NCBI GenBank assembly: GCA_963703285.1
Contig: OY969807.1
Span: forward strand, 1,440,001-1,504,000
Origin: an uncultured Nitrososphaerota archaeon
GTDB taxonomy: Archaea; Thermoproteota; Nitrososphaeria; Nitrososphaerales; Gagatemarchaeaceae
DNA: 64,000 nucleotides
Reading direction: 5' to 3'
The translations under genes and the position numbers were made by a program. Positions 7,929-17,746 of this stretch are shown in pieces (the stretch's first letter is position 1; every line of letters begins with the position of its first letter). The notes beneath the pieces were generated by a model. That model was not told the origin of the DNA, did not search any database, and was given only the letters and a program-made list of their open reading frames with translations.

Positions 7929-9281
7929 CTAGGGTCTAGGTACCTCGAGCAGGAGAGTTCTAATCACTTCGTCGTAGTCTACAAAAGAGAGAATTGCGTA
8001 GCCGCGAGCCATCCAAGGATTGTACTTGAAATCCTGTCGCAGCTTTCGGGTGAGTTTAAGGAGTTCTTCCTGAATGCAGAGTCCAAAGTCACGTCTTCTC
8101 CTAGTTGATATCATCCTCGTTTGAATTGCGACTTGAGCGTCTGTCGAGTAGAGGTCCTTACCACCCCTTGAAGGTTCTTCGATGACCAACTTTCGCAGGC
8201 CTAGATACTTCGCCCCGCACAGGTACGCTATCTCGGAACCTATTCGACCTTGGTCATAGACAGAACCTTCACGGAGCATCGTGCCTTCTAACTCTCTGTG
8301 CAGAATGACCGAGTCAACAATCATCGCATACGAACACTTTCCCTGAACCAAGTTGAGGTGCCTTCCCGAGTAACTGCGAGGCTGGACCAACCCGTAGAGT
8401 TCCTCAGAAGGAGGTTTGGCATAGCAGGTTGATACCGCGCTTTGCCGGCCATAATGAACCCTCAACCTGAATCCATCGAAGGAGAGCAGACTAACCGATT
8501 CACATCCAGCTCCACGATCGATTTGAATCTGTGGTGGATTCAATCCATCGTGTCGAATTCTCATCTTCCACACCCTCCCGATGTAATCGGCGAGTTTGAA
8601 CTGTAGGTAAACTCCTCCGTGTTGGTTGCTAACTCCTGGATATGCGTCGATAATGCCAGTCATTGTGAAGTAAGATAGGTTAGCTAGTGGATGGTCCTGA
8701 ACGACTTCTATCCGAATCTTATCATCAGCTATTGCGAATGATTCGAGTACGACCCGGTCCGCCGCCCATCTCACATTGCGGCGGTTCTCAAGCTCGAAGC
8801 TTGGGATGCCTGAGACAAACGATTCCCTCGACAACTGTTCGAGGGAGATTATGACGTCTTCTCCTGGAGCCGATCGGTCTCTCGGAAGCACAGGTCTGAA
8901 CTCGTTTCCTCCTTTGTACGTGTGATAGCTGAAGAACGAGCCTCCAGAATCGTGTACCTCAATCTTGACTGCGATTTGGTCATGATTGGACGAGGTGGAG
9001 GTTTCACGTACAATTCTCGAGTTTGACATACTGTCAAGCCGGCGTGCAGAGATGAATATCCTACCGTCACGCCCGATTTTGAAAGAATGAATTGTGTGAT
9101 TTGTCTGTTCTCTGAGTTGAGCTGAATCGGGTCGGAGATTCGGAAGCGTACGAAGGTACTCGCCCCAGAAATAAAAGCACCCATACGCTGCGTATAGAGC
9201 AGCAATCCTGCCTGTTCGGACAAAACTATTAATCACAAAAATCCTGAATTCCGCCCGTGAAGTAGGTGGAATTTTCGGCAA
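7929..9281 (-). CDS. Hypothetical protein with a possible C-terminal PD-(D/E)xK-like domain
   Basis: Long ORF of lower GC next to tRNA-Thr; GRIGSEIA...GGKDLY...IQTR pattern; true start may be ATG at 9029. Confidence 0.55.
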   Translation of the reverse strand: MPKIPPTSRAEFRIFVINSFVRTGRIAALYAAYGCFYFWGEYLRTLPNLRPDSAQLREQTNHTIHSFKIGRDGRIFISARRLDSMSNSRIVRETSTSSNHDQIAVKIEVHDSGGSFFSYHTYKGGNEFRPVLPRDRSAPGEDVIISLEQLSRESFVSGIPSFELENRRNVRWAADRVVLESFAIADDKIRIEVVQDHPLANLSYFTMTGIIDAYPGVSNQHGGVYLQFKLADYIGRVWKMRIRHDGLNPPQIQIDRGAGCESVSLLSFDGFRLRVHYGRQSAVSTCYAKPPSEELYGLVQPRSYSGRHLNLVQGKCSYAMIVDSVILHRELEGTMLREGSVYDQGRIGSEIAYLCGAKYLGLRKLVIEEPSRGGKDLYSTDAQVAIQTRMISTRRRRDFGLCIQEELLKLTRKLRQDFKYNPWMARGYAILSFVDYDEVIRTLLLEVPRP

Positions 9282-9363
9282 AAAGCCCTGAGCTTGGCGA
9301 CACGGAGGATTCTATCCAAGGGGATTTCGGGTCGATTCCGCTAGTCGAGAACGAACATACCCC

Positions 9364-10863
9364 ATGACGGAATCGATCCTGCGGCGCATCCCCCGACCGG
9401 AGGTCACGGCCGGGCTGGCTGTCTTCGCGTCGGCGTTCCTGATCTATCTGTTCACGGTGAACTCCGTCTGGGCGACCGACCACGCCACGAGCTTCCTCCA
9501 GCTCGACTGGGCGATATGGGTCCACCACTCCTTCGCGCTGGGCAGCGCCGGCAGCTTCCAGCCCAACTCCGTCGACGACTTCGTCTTCAAGGGGAACTAC
9601 TACAGCGCCCTCGCCCCGGGGACGGCGATACTCGCCCTCCCATTCGTGGGGGTGGGCTTCGCCCTGGACGGGCACTTCACCGTCTTCGGGTACGCGCTGA
9701 TGTCGTCCGAGGTCTTCGTCGCCCTGGTCAACTCCATAGCCGCCTACCTCGTCTACGCGCTCGCGAGGCTTTACTTCAGCAAGAAGACCGCGGTCTTCCT
9801 GGCGTTCGCCTACGCCTTCTCGACGGTCAGCTGGCCGTTCGCGGTCTACTTCTTCCAGAGCGACGTCACGGCCATGTTCGACCTTCTCGCGGTCTACTTC
9901 ACCATCAGGGTCACCCGCGACACAGTCGGCAACCACTCCCGCTACATACTCGTCGCGGGCATCTCAGCAGCCGCCGCCCTCACCACGGACTACGTCAGCG
10001 CGATACTGATACCGATAATAGCGGGGTACCTGGTCTTCTCGTTCCGCCGGAGACCGCGGGTTCTCGCAGGGCTCCTCACCGCCTTCCTCCTCTACTCGAT
10101 CGTTGGGATCGTGCTCATAGGGCTGTACAACGAGGCCGTCTTCGGCACCGCCTTCCACACTACCGAGCAGGTCTACCTCAGCAGCTCCACGCCGTTCGGG
10201 GAGTTCTCGACGCCGATCTACGAGGGCCTCTACCTAAACCTGTTCTCCCCGCTGAGGGGGCTGTTCGTCTACTCCATCTTCCTCGTCCTCGGGGTCTTCG
10301 GGCTGGCCGGGATGCTGAGGGAGAGGCTGCACAGGGAGGAGGCGGCCCTCATGCTGGCGTGCTTCCTAGGGATCCTCCTCCCCTATTCGGCGTGGTACGA
10401 CCCCGTGGGAGGGGCCGCGTTCGGCCCGCGCTTCCTCGTCGCGGCGGTCCCGTTCCTGCTCGTTCCGGCGGGGCTGGTCATTGAGGAAGGAACCCGAAAC
10501 ACCCGCATGGTCGCGTTCATCCTCTACGCGGTCGGGGTCGTCATCAGCGGAATCGCAGGTGTGACGGAGGGGATCGCGCCGACGATCAACTGGGGGCTGT
10601 CGCCCCTGCTCAGCTTCACGCTCCCCAACTTCTTGCGAGGAGAGCTCGACGACTGGTGGGTGAAGTTCGTCGGGCAGTACTGGCCCATCCCAGCCGCGCT
10701 TCTGATAGCCACGGCGGTCGCGCTTCCCATAGTCTCGAATCGTCTCCTGTCGAGGGATGAGAAGGAGGGCGACGTCGCTGGACCTCCGCAGGCCGGAGAA
10801 TCCGGAGGCGCGTCACCTAGTAGCCTATCTCCGAGCTCGGTCGGAGGTGACGCATCGACTTGA
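9364..10863 (+). CDS. Multi-pass membrane GT-C-like glycosyltransferase (PMT/ArnT-like)
   Basis: About 11 TM helices; YYSALAPG, SPLRGLFVYS and GGAAFGPRFL motifs. Confidence 0.7.
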   Translation: MTESILRRIPRPEVTAGLAVFASAFLIYLFTVNSVWATDHATSFLQLDWAIWVHHSFALGSAGSFQPNSVDDFVFKGNYYSALAPGTAILALPFVGVGFALDGHFTVFGYALMSSEVFVALVNSIAAYLVYALARLYFSKKTAVFLAFAYAFSTVSWPFAVYFFQSDVTAMFDLLAVYFTIRVTRDTVGNHSRYILVAGISAAAALTTDYVSAILIPIIAGYLVFSFRRRPRVLAGLLTAFLLYSIVGIVLIGLYNEAVFGTAFHTTEQVYLSSSTPFGEFSTPIYEGLYLNLFSPLRGLFVYSIFLVLGVFGLAGMLRERLHREEAALMLACFLGILLPYSAWYDPVGGAAFGPRFLVAAVPFLLVPAGLVIEEGTRNTRMVAFILYAVGVVISGIAGVTEGIAPTINWGLSPLLSFTLPNFLRGELDDWWVKFVGQYWPIPAALLIATAVALPIVSNRLLSRDEKEGDVAGPPQAGESGGASPSSLSPSSVGGDAST

Positions 10864-10984
10864 CGCGGCCGCACCTCTTGCACTTGTACTCGCCCCTTCC
10901 CCGCGGGTTGTACCTCCTTGTGTCCACTACGAGCTCGTGCTCCGTCCTCATCATGCACTTCTCGCAGTACCTGTACTCGACCAA
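10817..10984 (-). CDS. Small zinc-ribbon protein (55 aa), not in the ORF track
   Basis: TTG start; MVEYRYCEKCMMRTEHELVVDTRRYNPRGRGEYKCKRCGRVKSMRHLRPSSEIGY has two CxxC; tttaaata about 30 nt upstream. Confidence 0.75.
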   Translation of the reverse strand: MVEYRYCEKCMMRTEHELVVDTRRYNPRGRGEYKCKRCGRVKSMRHLRPSSEIGY

Positions 10985-11047
10985 CTCGGACTTCCCGCAA
11001 AGTGCTCTTCATCGTATTTAAAGCACCTCTCGTCTGGAATCGTCGCG

Positions 11048-11320
11048 ATGTCGGACCTGGGGCTCCTGGGTGTCGGTGTCTTCTTGGCCGGGGTGCTTGT
11101 CCTCATTCTGGCGACGGTCCTCTCGTCGCGCCCGAGGGAGAGGAGCGAGCGCGCGGGTGAAGGAGACGGGGAGAAGACCGGGGTGAAGGGGGGCAGCGTC
11201 GTCATGATAGGTCCGATACCGATCATCTTCGGGACGGATGCGAAGTGGACCGTGATAGCGATACTGCTCGCGATCGTACTCATCGTCCTGAGCATACTCC
11301 TCTCTGGTGGACTGAGATGA
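11048..11320 (+). CDS. DUF131 (TIGR00304) family membrane protein
   Basis: KGGSVVMIGPIPIIFGTD signature between TM helices. Confidence 0.88.
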   Translation: MSDLGLLGVGVFLAGVLVLILATVLSSRPRERSERAGEGDGEKTGVKGGSVVMIGPIPIIFGTDAKWTVIAILLAIVLIVLSILLSGGLR

Positions 11321-11574
11321 TGAACCCCTCGAGGCTTTACGCCCTCGGTCTTTTGCTTGTCTTCGCCGGGATAGCGCTGGTGGCTCTGGGGGGCCTCGGC
11401 ACGGGCTCGGCCTCCTTTGGCGGGGTGGTCTTTATCGGGCCCTTTCCAATCGTCTTCGGGAGCGGTCCCGGTTCCGGGCTGCTGGCGCTCACCACCCTGG
11501 TGATTGGCGCGGTCATGGTGGTCACGTTCTACCTGTTCGTCCTGCTCAGACGGAGACCAAGTGGGGAGCCCTAG
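11317..11574 (+). CDS. DUF131 (TIGR00304) family membrane protein, second copy
   Basis: GGVVFIGPFPIVFGSG; ATGA overlap with the preceding gene. Confidence 0.85.
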   Translation: MMNPSRLYALGLLLVFAGIALVALGGLGTGSASFGGVVFIGPFPIVFGSGPGSGLLALTTLVIGAVMVVTFYLFVLLRRRPSGEP

Positions 11575-11675
11575 GAGACCCCTCCTGTGCCCTGCGGTAT
11601 CCTAGAGCCTGCGACGGAACCGGCAGAACAATTTCAAATAAGACATAAATACCAAGTCCGGATTCCTTACCGTCT

Positions 11676-12023
11676 ATGCAGAAAGTAGTACCGATTGTGC
11701 AGTTCAGCGCTCCCGCGAGAGAGAAGCTGATGGAGGCTCTCAAGGGGGAGACCGGGGCCAACGCATTCCTGAGAATCGACGTTTACGCTTCGGGCGGCTG
11801 CGCCTGCAGCGGAGGTTACAAGTACGGAATGGGCCTGGAAGAGAAGGCAAGGCCCGATGACATCGTAGAGGAGATAGAGGACATCAAGGTCGTGACGGAC
11901 AAGAACAACGTTGACATCCTGAGGGGCTCCAAGATCGACTACAGCGAGACAGTCCAGCGGAGGGGCTTCAAGATAATCAACCCCAACGTCCAGGCGGGCG
12001 GCTGCGGCTGCGGCGGGCACTGA
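11676..12023 (+). CDS. HesB/IscA/SufA family Fe-S cluster assembly accessory protein
   Basis: GGCACSGGYKY, GSKIDY and F.I.NPN..GCGCG motifs. Confidence 0.92.
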   Translation: MQKVVPIVQFSAPAREKLMEALKGETGANAFLRIDVYASGGCACSGGYKYGMGLEEKARPDDIVEEIEDIKVVTDKNNVDILRGSKIDYSETVQRRGFKIINPNVQAGGCGCGGH

Positions 12024-12056
12024 AACGACGCGCTAGCTCCACCGAAGGCGGCCTAC

Positions 12057-13376
12057 TCAGCGGTCCTTTGACCTAGGGCCGACCATCTTCCTCAAGTCCA
12101 GGATGCGGTTGATCTCCCTCTGGGTGTAGCCCATCTCCTTGAGGGCGTCCCTTATCGAGTGGCCGCGCGATAGTTTCTTTCCAAGGGCGGACGCCTTGTC
12201 GTAGCCTATCGTCGGTGACAGAATCGTCACGAGGGACGGGCTGCTCTCGGCAAAGGCCCTCAGCCGCGCCTTGTCGGCCACTACGTGGTCCAAGACAAGC
12301 GAGGAGACCTTCCTGAGGGCCTCGGACAGCAGCTTGAGCTGGAGGTTTACGTTGTAGCCGATGAGGGGGACCCCCATGCTTAGCTCGAACTCGCCGAGAG
12401 TGCCCGCGACCTGGTTCGCCTGGTCGAAGCCGAAGATCTGGGAGGAGACGAGGAGTGCGGCCTCGACCGTCACGGGGTTGGTCTTCCCAGGCATCATGCT
12501 GCTCCCCGCGACCTCGGCCTGCCTCGGGAGGTCAATCTCACCCAAGCCCGTCAGGGGCCCGGAGAACATGAGCCGGAGGTCCTGGCAGAGCCTGAAGAGG
12601 TCGAGCGCGGTGACCTTGAGCGCGGAGCTCAGCGCGACCAGGTCGGAGACGAGCCTCATCGCCCGGAACCTGTCGCCCGCCTCTGAGAACCTGAGCCCCG
12701 TGGCCCTGTTGAGCCCCCCGACGATGATGCGCCCGAAGTCGGCGCTCGTGTTGATCCCCGTCCCCACCGCCGTCCCGCCGATGGGGAGCTCCCTGACGTA
12801 CCTCAGGGCGTCGAAGACGAGGCGCCTGTCGTGGGCGAACGCGTCGGAGTAGGCGCCGAACTCCTGCCCCATGGTCACGGGCAGCGCATCACGTAGGTGT
12901 GTCCTTCCGGACTTGTACACCGAGGACGTCCTCGCGGCGAGGCTCCCAAGGCTCTTCGAGGTCTCCGCCAGGCTCGGAAGCAGCACCCTGCTCGCGAGGA
13001 GTGCTGCCGCGACTCGAATCGCGGTCGGCACGACGTCGTTGGAGGACTGGCCCATGTTGACTTGGTCGTTGGCGTGGACCTTCCTCCCCGAGATCTCCGA
13101 CGCCCTCTCGGCGATGACCTCGTTGACGTTCATGTTGATCCCTGTCCCGGACCCCGTCTGGAAGACGTCGACCGTTATTCTGCCGTCGTGCTTTCCCTCC
13201 ATCACCTCGCCTGAGGCCGAGACTATCGCGCGGTAGGTCTCTGTGTCGAGCTTGCCGAGGGAGTGGTTCGCGCCGGCGGAGAGCTGCTTGATCAGGGCCA
13301 CCGACCAGATTATCTCTTTGGGGAATGTCGTGCCCGTGCTCATGAAGAGCTTGTTGGCGCCCTCCACGTACTTCAT
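12057..13376 (-). CDS. fumC: Class II fumarate hydratase
   Basis: DVFQTGSGTGINMNVNEV, GQSSNDVVP, KSGRTHLRDA and GSSMMPGKTNP. Confidence 0.9.
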   Translation of the reverse strand: MKYVEGANKLFMSTGTTFPKEIIWSVALIKQLSAGANHSLGKLDTETYRAIVSASGEVMEGKHDGRITVDVFQTGSGTGINMNVNEVIAERASEISGRKVHANDQVNMGQSSNDVVPTAIRVAAALLASRVLLPSLAETSKSLGSLAARTSSVYKSGRTHLRDALPVTMGQEFGAYSDAFAHDRRLVFDALRYVRELPIGGTAVGTGINTSADFGRIIVGGLNRATGLRFSEAGDRFRAMRLVSDLVALSSALKVTALDLFRLCQDLRLMFSGPLTGLGEIDLPRQAEVAGSSMMPGKTNPVTVEAALLVSSQIFGFDQANQVAGTLGEFELSMGVPLIGYNVNLQLKLLSEALRKVSSLVLDHVVADKARLRAFAESSPSLVTILSPTIGYDKASALGKKLSRGHSIRDALKEMGYTQREINRILDLRKMVGPRSKDR

Positions 13377-13422
13377 GCCGGCGTCGGCGGGGCGGGCCTT
13401 TCTTAAGGCTTGGGAGGCCGGG

Positions 13423-13965
13423 TCAGCGCCTCTGTCTGACGCCTATCTTCTCGATGAGGCGCCCCAGCTCCGAGTCGTCGACGGCGTCGACGCGAAGGTA
13501 CTTGAGAATCTCGTCCTCGCTCATCTGGAGCCTCTTTGCTTCGTCTATGGTGTAGCGGTAGGCCTCTATCTCAGTCGGCCTGTCCACGTACTCGAAGGTC
13601 TGGTCGTAAAGGTCCCGGCCGTCGAGGAACTGCTTAACGTGGACGAGGACGTGAATCACGTCGAGGTACAGGCAGTTTATCCTGGCCGAGGTGAGGTACT
13701 TGCAGCCGATGCAGACGGATCCGGTGTTGTGGTCGAGCCAGATCCCCCAGTCCGAGTCTACGACGGCCAGCTTGAGGTGGTGGATTATCTTCAGCATCCC
13801 CCGCGGCGAACCGAAGAGCCTAAGAAGGGTTGGCGAGTTCTCGACGCCGATGAATATCTGGGTGAACTTGTACTCTCCCAGACCGACGTTTCTCTTCGCC
13901 TTGAACACTTTGGGGGGCAACCTAATGGAAGAGGCCCCGTTCGCAATCAAAAGACAGGAACTCAA
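13423..13965 (-). CDS. Conserved hypothetical zincin-like protein with HVLVH in place of HExxH
   Basis: LYLDVIHVLVHVKQ...YVDRPTEIEAY pattern. Confidence 0.6.
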   Translation of the reverse strand: MSSCLLIANGASSIRLPPKVFKAKRNVGLGEYKFTQIFIGVENSPTLLRLFGSPRGMLKIIHHLKLAVVDSDWGIWLDHNTGSVCIGCKYLTSARINCLYLDVIHVLVHVKQFLDGRDLYDQTFEYVDRPTEIEAYRYTIDEAKRLQMSEDEILKYLRVDAVDDSELGRLIEKIGVRQRR

Positions 13966-14012
13966 AACCTCTTCACTCCTTGCCGGCGAAATAATGACAG
14001 GGTGCTCGACGA

Positions 14013-15314
14013 GTGACAGTGGCGACCATTAGCGGGATACGCGGGATCTTCAACGTGGACCTCGAGCCCGCGGACGTCGTCTCCTACGCGCAGGGCTTCG
14101 CGTCGGTGGCGGCTTCGCCGGAGGTCCTGGTCGGGAGGGACACTCGCCACACCGGCGAGCTGGTGGAGAGGCTCGTCAAGAGCGCCCTTCTCGACGCGGG
14201 GAGGGAGGTCGTCGACTACGGCGTGATCTCGACGCCCGCGCTCTTCCGCGAGAGCAGGACGAAGGAGAGGCCGGCCGTGATGGTCACCGCCTCGCACAAC
14301 GAGCCCGAGTGGAACGGGCTCAAGTTCGTCCTCAGCGGGAGGGGGCCGGACCAGGCGGAGTTCGACAGCGTCCTCAAGGCACGCAGGAAGGCGCCACGCG
14401 CCGGACTGGGCGGACAGGCGCGACCGGGACCGAGGCCGTCCTACGTCCGGGAGCTGGTGGCCATGGCGGGCGAGGGGTCGTGCGAAGGCGTTAGGGTCGC
14501 CGCCGACCTCAACGGGGGCGCCGCCGTCGCCCACGCGCCAGCGATCTTCCAGGGGCTGGGGTGCGAGCTGACCGTAATTGGGGGGACGCCGGGCGTCTTC
14601 AGCAGGACCATCGACCCGACCAACGACGCCCTGGAGCTCCTGACCAAGACGGTGAAGGAGAAGGGCTGTGACGTCGGGTTCGCGTTCGACTGCGATGGCG
14701 ACAGGCTCGTCGTCGTCGACCCGGCGGGCAGGAGCAGGTCGGGAGACTTTATGCTGACCATGGTGATGAAGGAGATCCTCCCCTCGCTCACGGACCGGTC
14801 GGTGGTCGTCTCCGTCGATACGACCCAGGCGATTGACGATGTGGTCTCGGAGCTGGGCGGACGGGTCCACAGGTCGAAGGTGGGCGAGGCGAACGTCATC
14901 GCAGAGATGCTCCGGGACCACGTCGACATCGGGGGCGAGGGGAGCAGCGGGGGTCTGATCGACGGCCGGTACAACCTCTGCAGGGACTCGATGCTCGCCG
15001 CGATAACGATCGTGAAGGCGATAAAGAAGAAGGGGACGAAGGTCTTCGACCAGGTCCCATCCTACCACCAGGTGAGGCTGAGGCTCCCGCTCGAGAGGAA
15101 GAAGGCGCTCTCGGCCATCGGGAGGCTCGAGAAGCAGAACCCCGGCGCCGAGACGCTTGACGGGATCAAAATCAACGCCTCGAAAAGGTCGTGGGTCCTG
15201 GTCAGGCCCTCGGGGACGGAGGACATCGTGAGGGTGTCGAGCGAGTCCACCTCCGCGAAGGACGCCCGCGAGCTCGCAGAGACCTACATGGAGAGGCTGA
15301 GGAGGCCCTCCTAG
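14013..15314 (+). CDS. Phosphoglucomutase/phosphomannomutase family protein
   Basis: SGIRG, TASHN, DCDGDR, GGEGS and RPSGTE motifs. Confidence 0.92.
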   Translation: MTVATISGIRGIFNVDLEPADVVSYAQGFASVAASPEVLVGRDTRHTGELVERLVKSALLDAGREVVDYGVISTPALFRESRTKERPAVMVTASHNEPEWNGLKFVLSGRGPDQAEFDSVLKARRKAPRAGLGGQARPGPRPSYVRELVAMAGEGSCEGVRVAADLNGGAAVAHAPAIFQGLGCELTVIGGTPGVFSRTIDPTNDALELLTKTVKEKGCDVGFAFDCDGDRLVVVDPAGRSRSGDFMLTMVMKEILPSLTDRSVVVSVDTTQAIDDVVSELGGRVHRSKVGEANVIAEMLRDHVDIGGEGSSGGLIDGRYNLCRDSMLAAITIVKAIKKKGTKVFDQVPSYHQVRLRLPLERKKALSAIGRLEKQNPGAETLDGIKINASKRSWVLVRPSGTEDIVRVSSESTSAKDARELAETYMERLRRPS

Positions 15315-15315
15315 G

Positions 15316-16260
15316 TTGAACGAGTACGACATCATAGAGCTTCTCACGAGGATGGCGGGAAGGCTTCCTGAGGGATACTCTCCGCTGGGCGACGACGTCG
15401 CGACCCTGCCGAGCCCGCCCGGCCGGCTGGTGCTCAAGTCGGACATGCTGGTCGGGAGGACCGACGTGCCGCCGGGCATGACCTGGAGGCAGGCCGGGAG
15501 GAAGGCCGTGGCGATGTGCGTCAGCGACTTCGCCGCCAAGGGCGTCTCCCCCCGGGTCATGCTGGTCTCGCTCGGGATCCCCCGCAGCCTGGATGACGCC
15601 GGCATACGCGCGCTCGCAAAGGGCCTCCGCGACGGGATGGACGAGTGGGGGCCCCGCCTTCTCGGGGGGGACACGAACGAGGCTGGTGACGTGGTGATTG
15701 ACTGCATCCTCGCGGGCTTCACGGACCGAGTCGTCGGAAGGGCCGGAGCGGGAGCTGGCCAGCTCGTCGTCGTCACGGGCGAGTTCGGAACGACCTCCGC
15801 GGGGCTGAAGATTCTCCTCGAGGGAGCGCGCGCACCACCCGGCTTCAGGAGGGTGGCGGTGGAGAACGTCTACATGCCCTCCCCGAGGCTGAAGGCCGGA
15901 CTCGCGCTCCGTGGGTACCTCTCGTCGGCCATGGACTCGAGCGACGGCCTCGCCATCTGCCTCCACGAGCTAGCAGAGGCGAGCGGCGTGGGGATGCGAA
16001 TCGACCTCCTGCCGCACGACCGGTCCCTCGAGGGGTTCGCCGAGAGGAACCGATACCAGCTGAAGGACCTCGTCCTGTACGGGGGCGAGGAGTACGAGAT
16101 AGTAGGGACCGTCTCAAAGAAGAAGCTCGCAGGGGCGGTCGCCGCAGCCAGGGCCGCGGGGTCCGACCTCATCGTGATAGGCGAGACGACGAGGCACGGG
16201 GGGATTATCTCGGCGGACGGCTCGGCGATAGAGAAGAGGGGCTGGATTCAGCTCAGCTAG
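15316..16260 (+). CDS. thiL: Thiamine-monophosphate kinase
   Basis: GDD, SDFAAKG, GGDTN, DSSDGL and GGEEYE motifs. Confidence 0.92.
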   Translation: MNEYDIIELLTRMAGRLPEGYSPLGDDVATLPSPPGRLVLKSDMLVGRTDVPPGMTWRQAGRKAVAMCVSDFAAKGVSPRVMLVSLGIPRSLDDAGIRALAKGLRDGMDEWGPRLLGGDTNEAGDVVIDCILAGFTDRVVGRAGAGAGQLVVVTGEFGTTSAGLKILLEGARAPPGFRRVAVENVYMPSPRLKAGLALRGYLSSAMDSSDGLAICLHELAEASGVGMRIDLLPHDRSLEGFAERNRYQLKDLVLYGGEEYEIVGTVSKKKLAGAVAAARAAGSDLIVIGETTRHGGIISADGSAIEKRGWIQLS

Positions 16261-17623
16261 CCTGGGCGGACTTCACCAGTTTGAGGAACTTCTTGAAGGC
16301 CGAGTTCAGCTTCTCCTCGGTGTCGGACTCGGCGAAGACCCTTATGATCGGCTCCGTCCCGCTCGGCCTGACCAGGACCCAGGTCCTGTCGTCGGTCCAT
16401 ATCTTCAGGCCGTCGACCTTCTCGACGCGGTCGCCCCCCTGGCGCTCGACCCTCCGCATGGTCTCCTTCACATCCTCGTGGTCGAGGCGGACCTTCGTCT
16501 TCGCCTGGAAGAGGCGCGGGAGCGCGTTGGCCACCGCCTTCGAGAAGGGGAGGCCGCGGGCCGCGAGGCATTCGAGCATGAGCGCCGTGGCCATGCCCCC
16601 GTCCCTGACGGCGATGTGCGCGGGATAGATGCACCCCCCGTTCTCCTCGAAGCCGAACAAGGCGCCACGCTCGATCATCGTCCTCGAGACGTCCACGCTG
16701 CCCACTCTCGTGCGGATCACCTTCCCCCTTCGCCTGGCGGCGACGGCCTCGATGGCCTGTGAGGAACTTATCGGCGTGACGACGGTGCCTCCGGGGGCCC
16801 TCTCGAGGAGGTAGTCGGCGAGTAGCGAACCGGTCTGGTCGCCCCAGAACACTCTGCCCGTCTCGTCGCAGAAGATGGCCCTGTCCCCATCCCCGTCGTA
16901 GCCCACGCCGAGGTCGGCTCCCACTGCCCTCACTGCCGCGCTGAGGTCGCCCAGCGTCTCGGGCGTCGGCTCGGGTCCCCTCCCGGGGAAGCGGCCGTCC
17001 ACTATCGAGTGTATCGTGACGATCTTGCATCCCAGCGCGTCGAGGAGGTTCGGCGCCGCGAGGCACTGGGCTCCGTTGCCGGGGTCGACGACGATCGAGA
17101 ACTTCCTCGCGGATATCAGCCTCGTGTTGACTTTCGAGAGGATTCCGCTCAGGTAGGTCCGGATGACCGAGGGCTCGGACCTCGCGGTCCCGACCTCCCT
17201 CCAGTCCGCCCTCCTGAACGAACCGTCTCGGAAGATCTTCTCGACCTTCTGCTCGTCGAGCCTGTTGATCTCGACGCCGTCGGGCCCGACGACCTTGAGG
17301 CCGTTGTACTCCGGCGGATTGTGCGAGGCGGTCGCCATCACGCCACCCCTGTATCCCAGGGCCCTCGTCGCGTACTGCAGCGCGGGCGTCGGGACGAGGC
17401 CGGCCTCGGCCACCGGCCTTCCGGAGCTCATCAGGCCGGAGGTGGTCGCGAGCAGCATGGCTTCGCCTGAGAGCCTCCCATCCCTCCCGACCAGGACCTC
17501 GCCCTCGGAGAAGTAGGTGCCGACGCACTCGGAGAACTTGATGACGAACTCGAGGTCGGCGGTAACGCCCGGGATGAAGCGCACCCCGTTGGTCCCGAAG
17601 AGCCTTCCATGGGGGGAGACCAT
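16253..17623 (-). CDS. glmM: Phosphoglucosamine mutase / phosphohexomutase
   Basis: LFGTNGVR, TASHNP, DGDGDR, GFEENGG and RPSGTEP motifs. Confidence 0.85.
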   Translation of the reverse strand: MVSPHGRLFGTNGVRFIPGVTADLEFVIKFSECVGTYFSEGEVLVGRDGRLSGEAMLLATTSGLMSSGRPVAEAGLVPTPALQYATRALGYRGGVMATASHNPPEYNGLKVVGPDGVEINRLDEQKVEKIFRDGSFRRADWREVGTARSEPSVIRTYLSGILSKVNTRLISARKFSIVVDPGNGAQCLAAPNLLDALGCKIVTIHSIVDGRFPGRGPEPTPETLGDLSAAVRAVGADLGVGYDGDGDRAIFCDETGRVFWGDQTGSLLADYLLERAPGGTVVTPISSSQAIEAVAARRRGKVIRTRVGSVDVSRTMIERGALFGFEENGGCIYPAHIAVRDGGMATALMLECLAARGLPFSKAVANALPRLFQAKTKVRLDHEDVKETMRRVERQGGDRVEKVDGLKIWTDDRTWVLVRPSGTEPIIRVFAESDTEEKLNSAFKKFLKLVKSAQAS

Positions 17624-17746
17624 GGGGGTATGTCCGCTCGCTCGCATTAAAAAGCTTCAAACGGGGAGCTGGCTGGTCTCGGGTCTGCCGGCGGGGCGGG
17701 CCGCGGTCCAAACGCTTAATTCGAGAGGGAAGGGGCGTTCGTCGAA

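Noticed and set aside
9280-9360. attR for an island at tRNA-Thr
   Set aside because: No duplication of ccctccgccggctcca; gggtcgattcc is only a weak T-loop resemblance.
10817-10984. Ribosomal protein L37ae or L44e
   Set aside because: CxxC pairs are present, but the length and family motifs do not match.
13962-15776. Long antisense or alternative-frame ORFs (for example 13962-15776, 16257-17711, 24450-25946, 45757-47115)
   Set aside because: Arg/Gly/Pro-rich shadow ORFs overlapping well-supported genes, typical of high-GC DNA.
14013-17623. Two phosphohexomutase paralogs around thiL as a novel system
   Set aside because: Ordinary housekeeping genes with intact canonical motifs.
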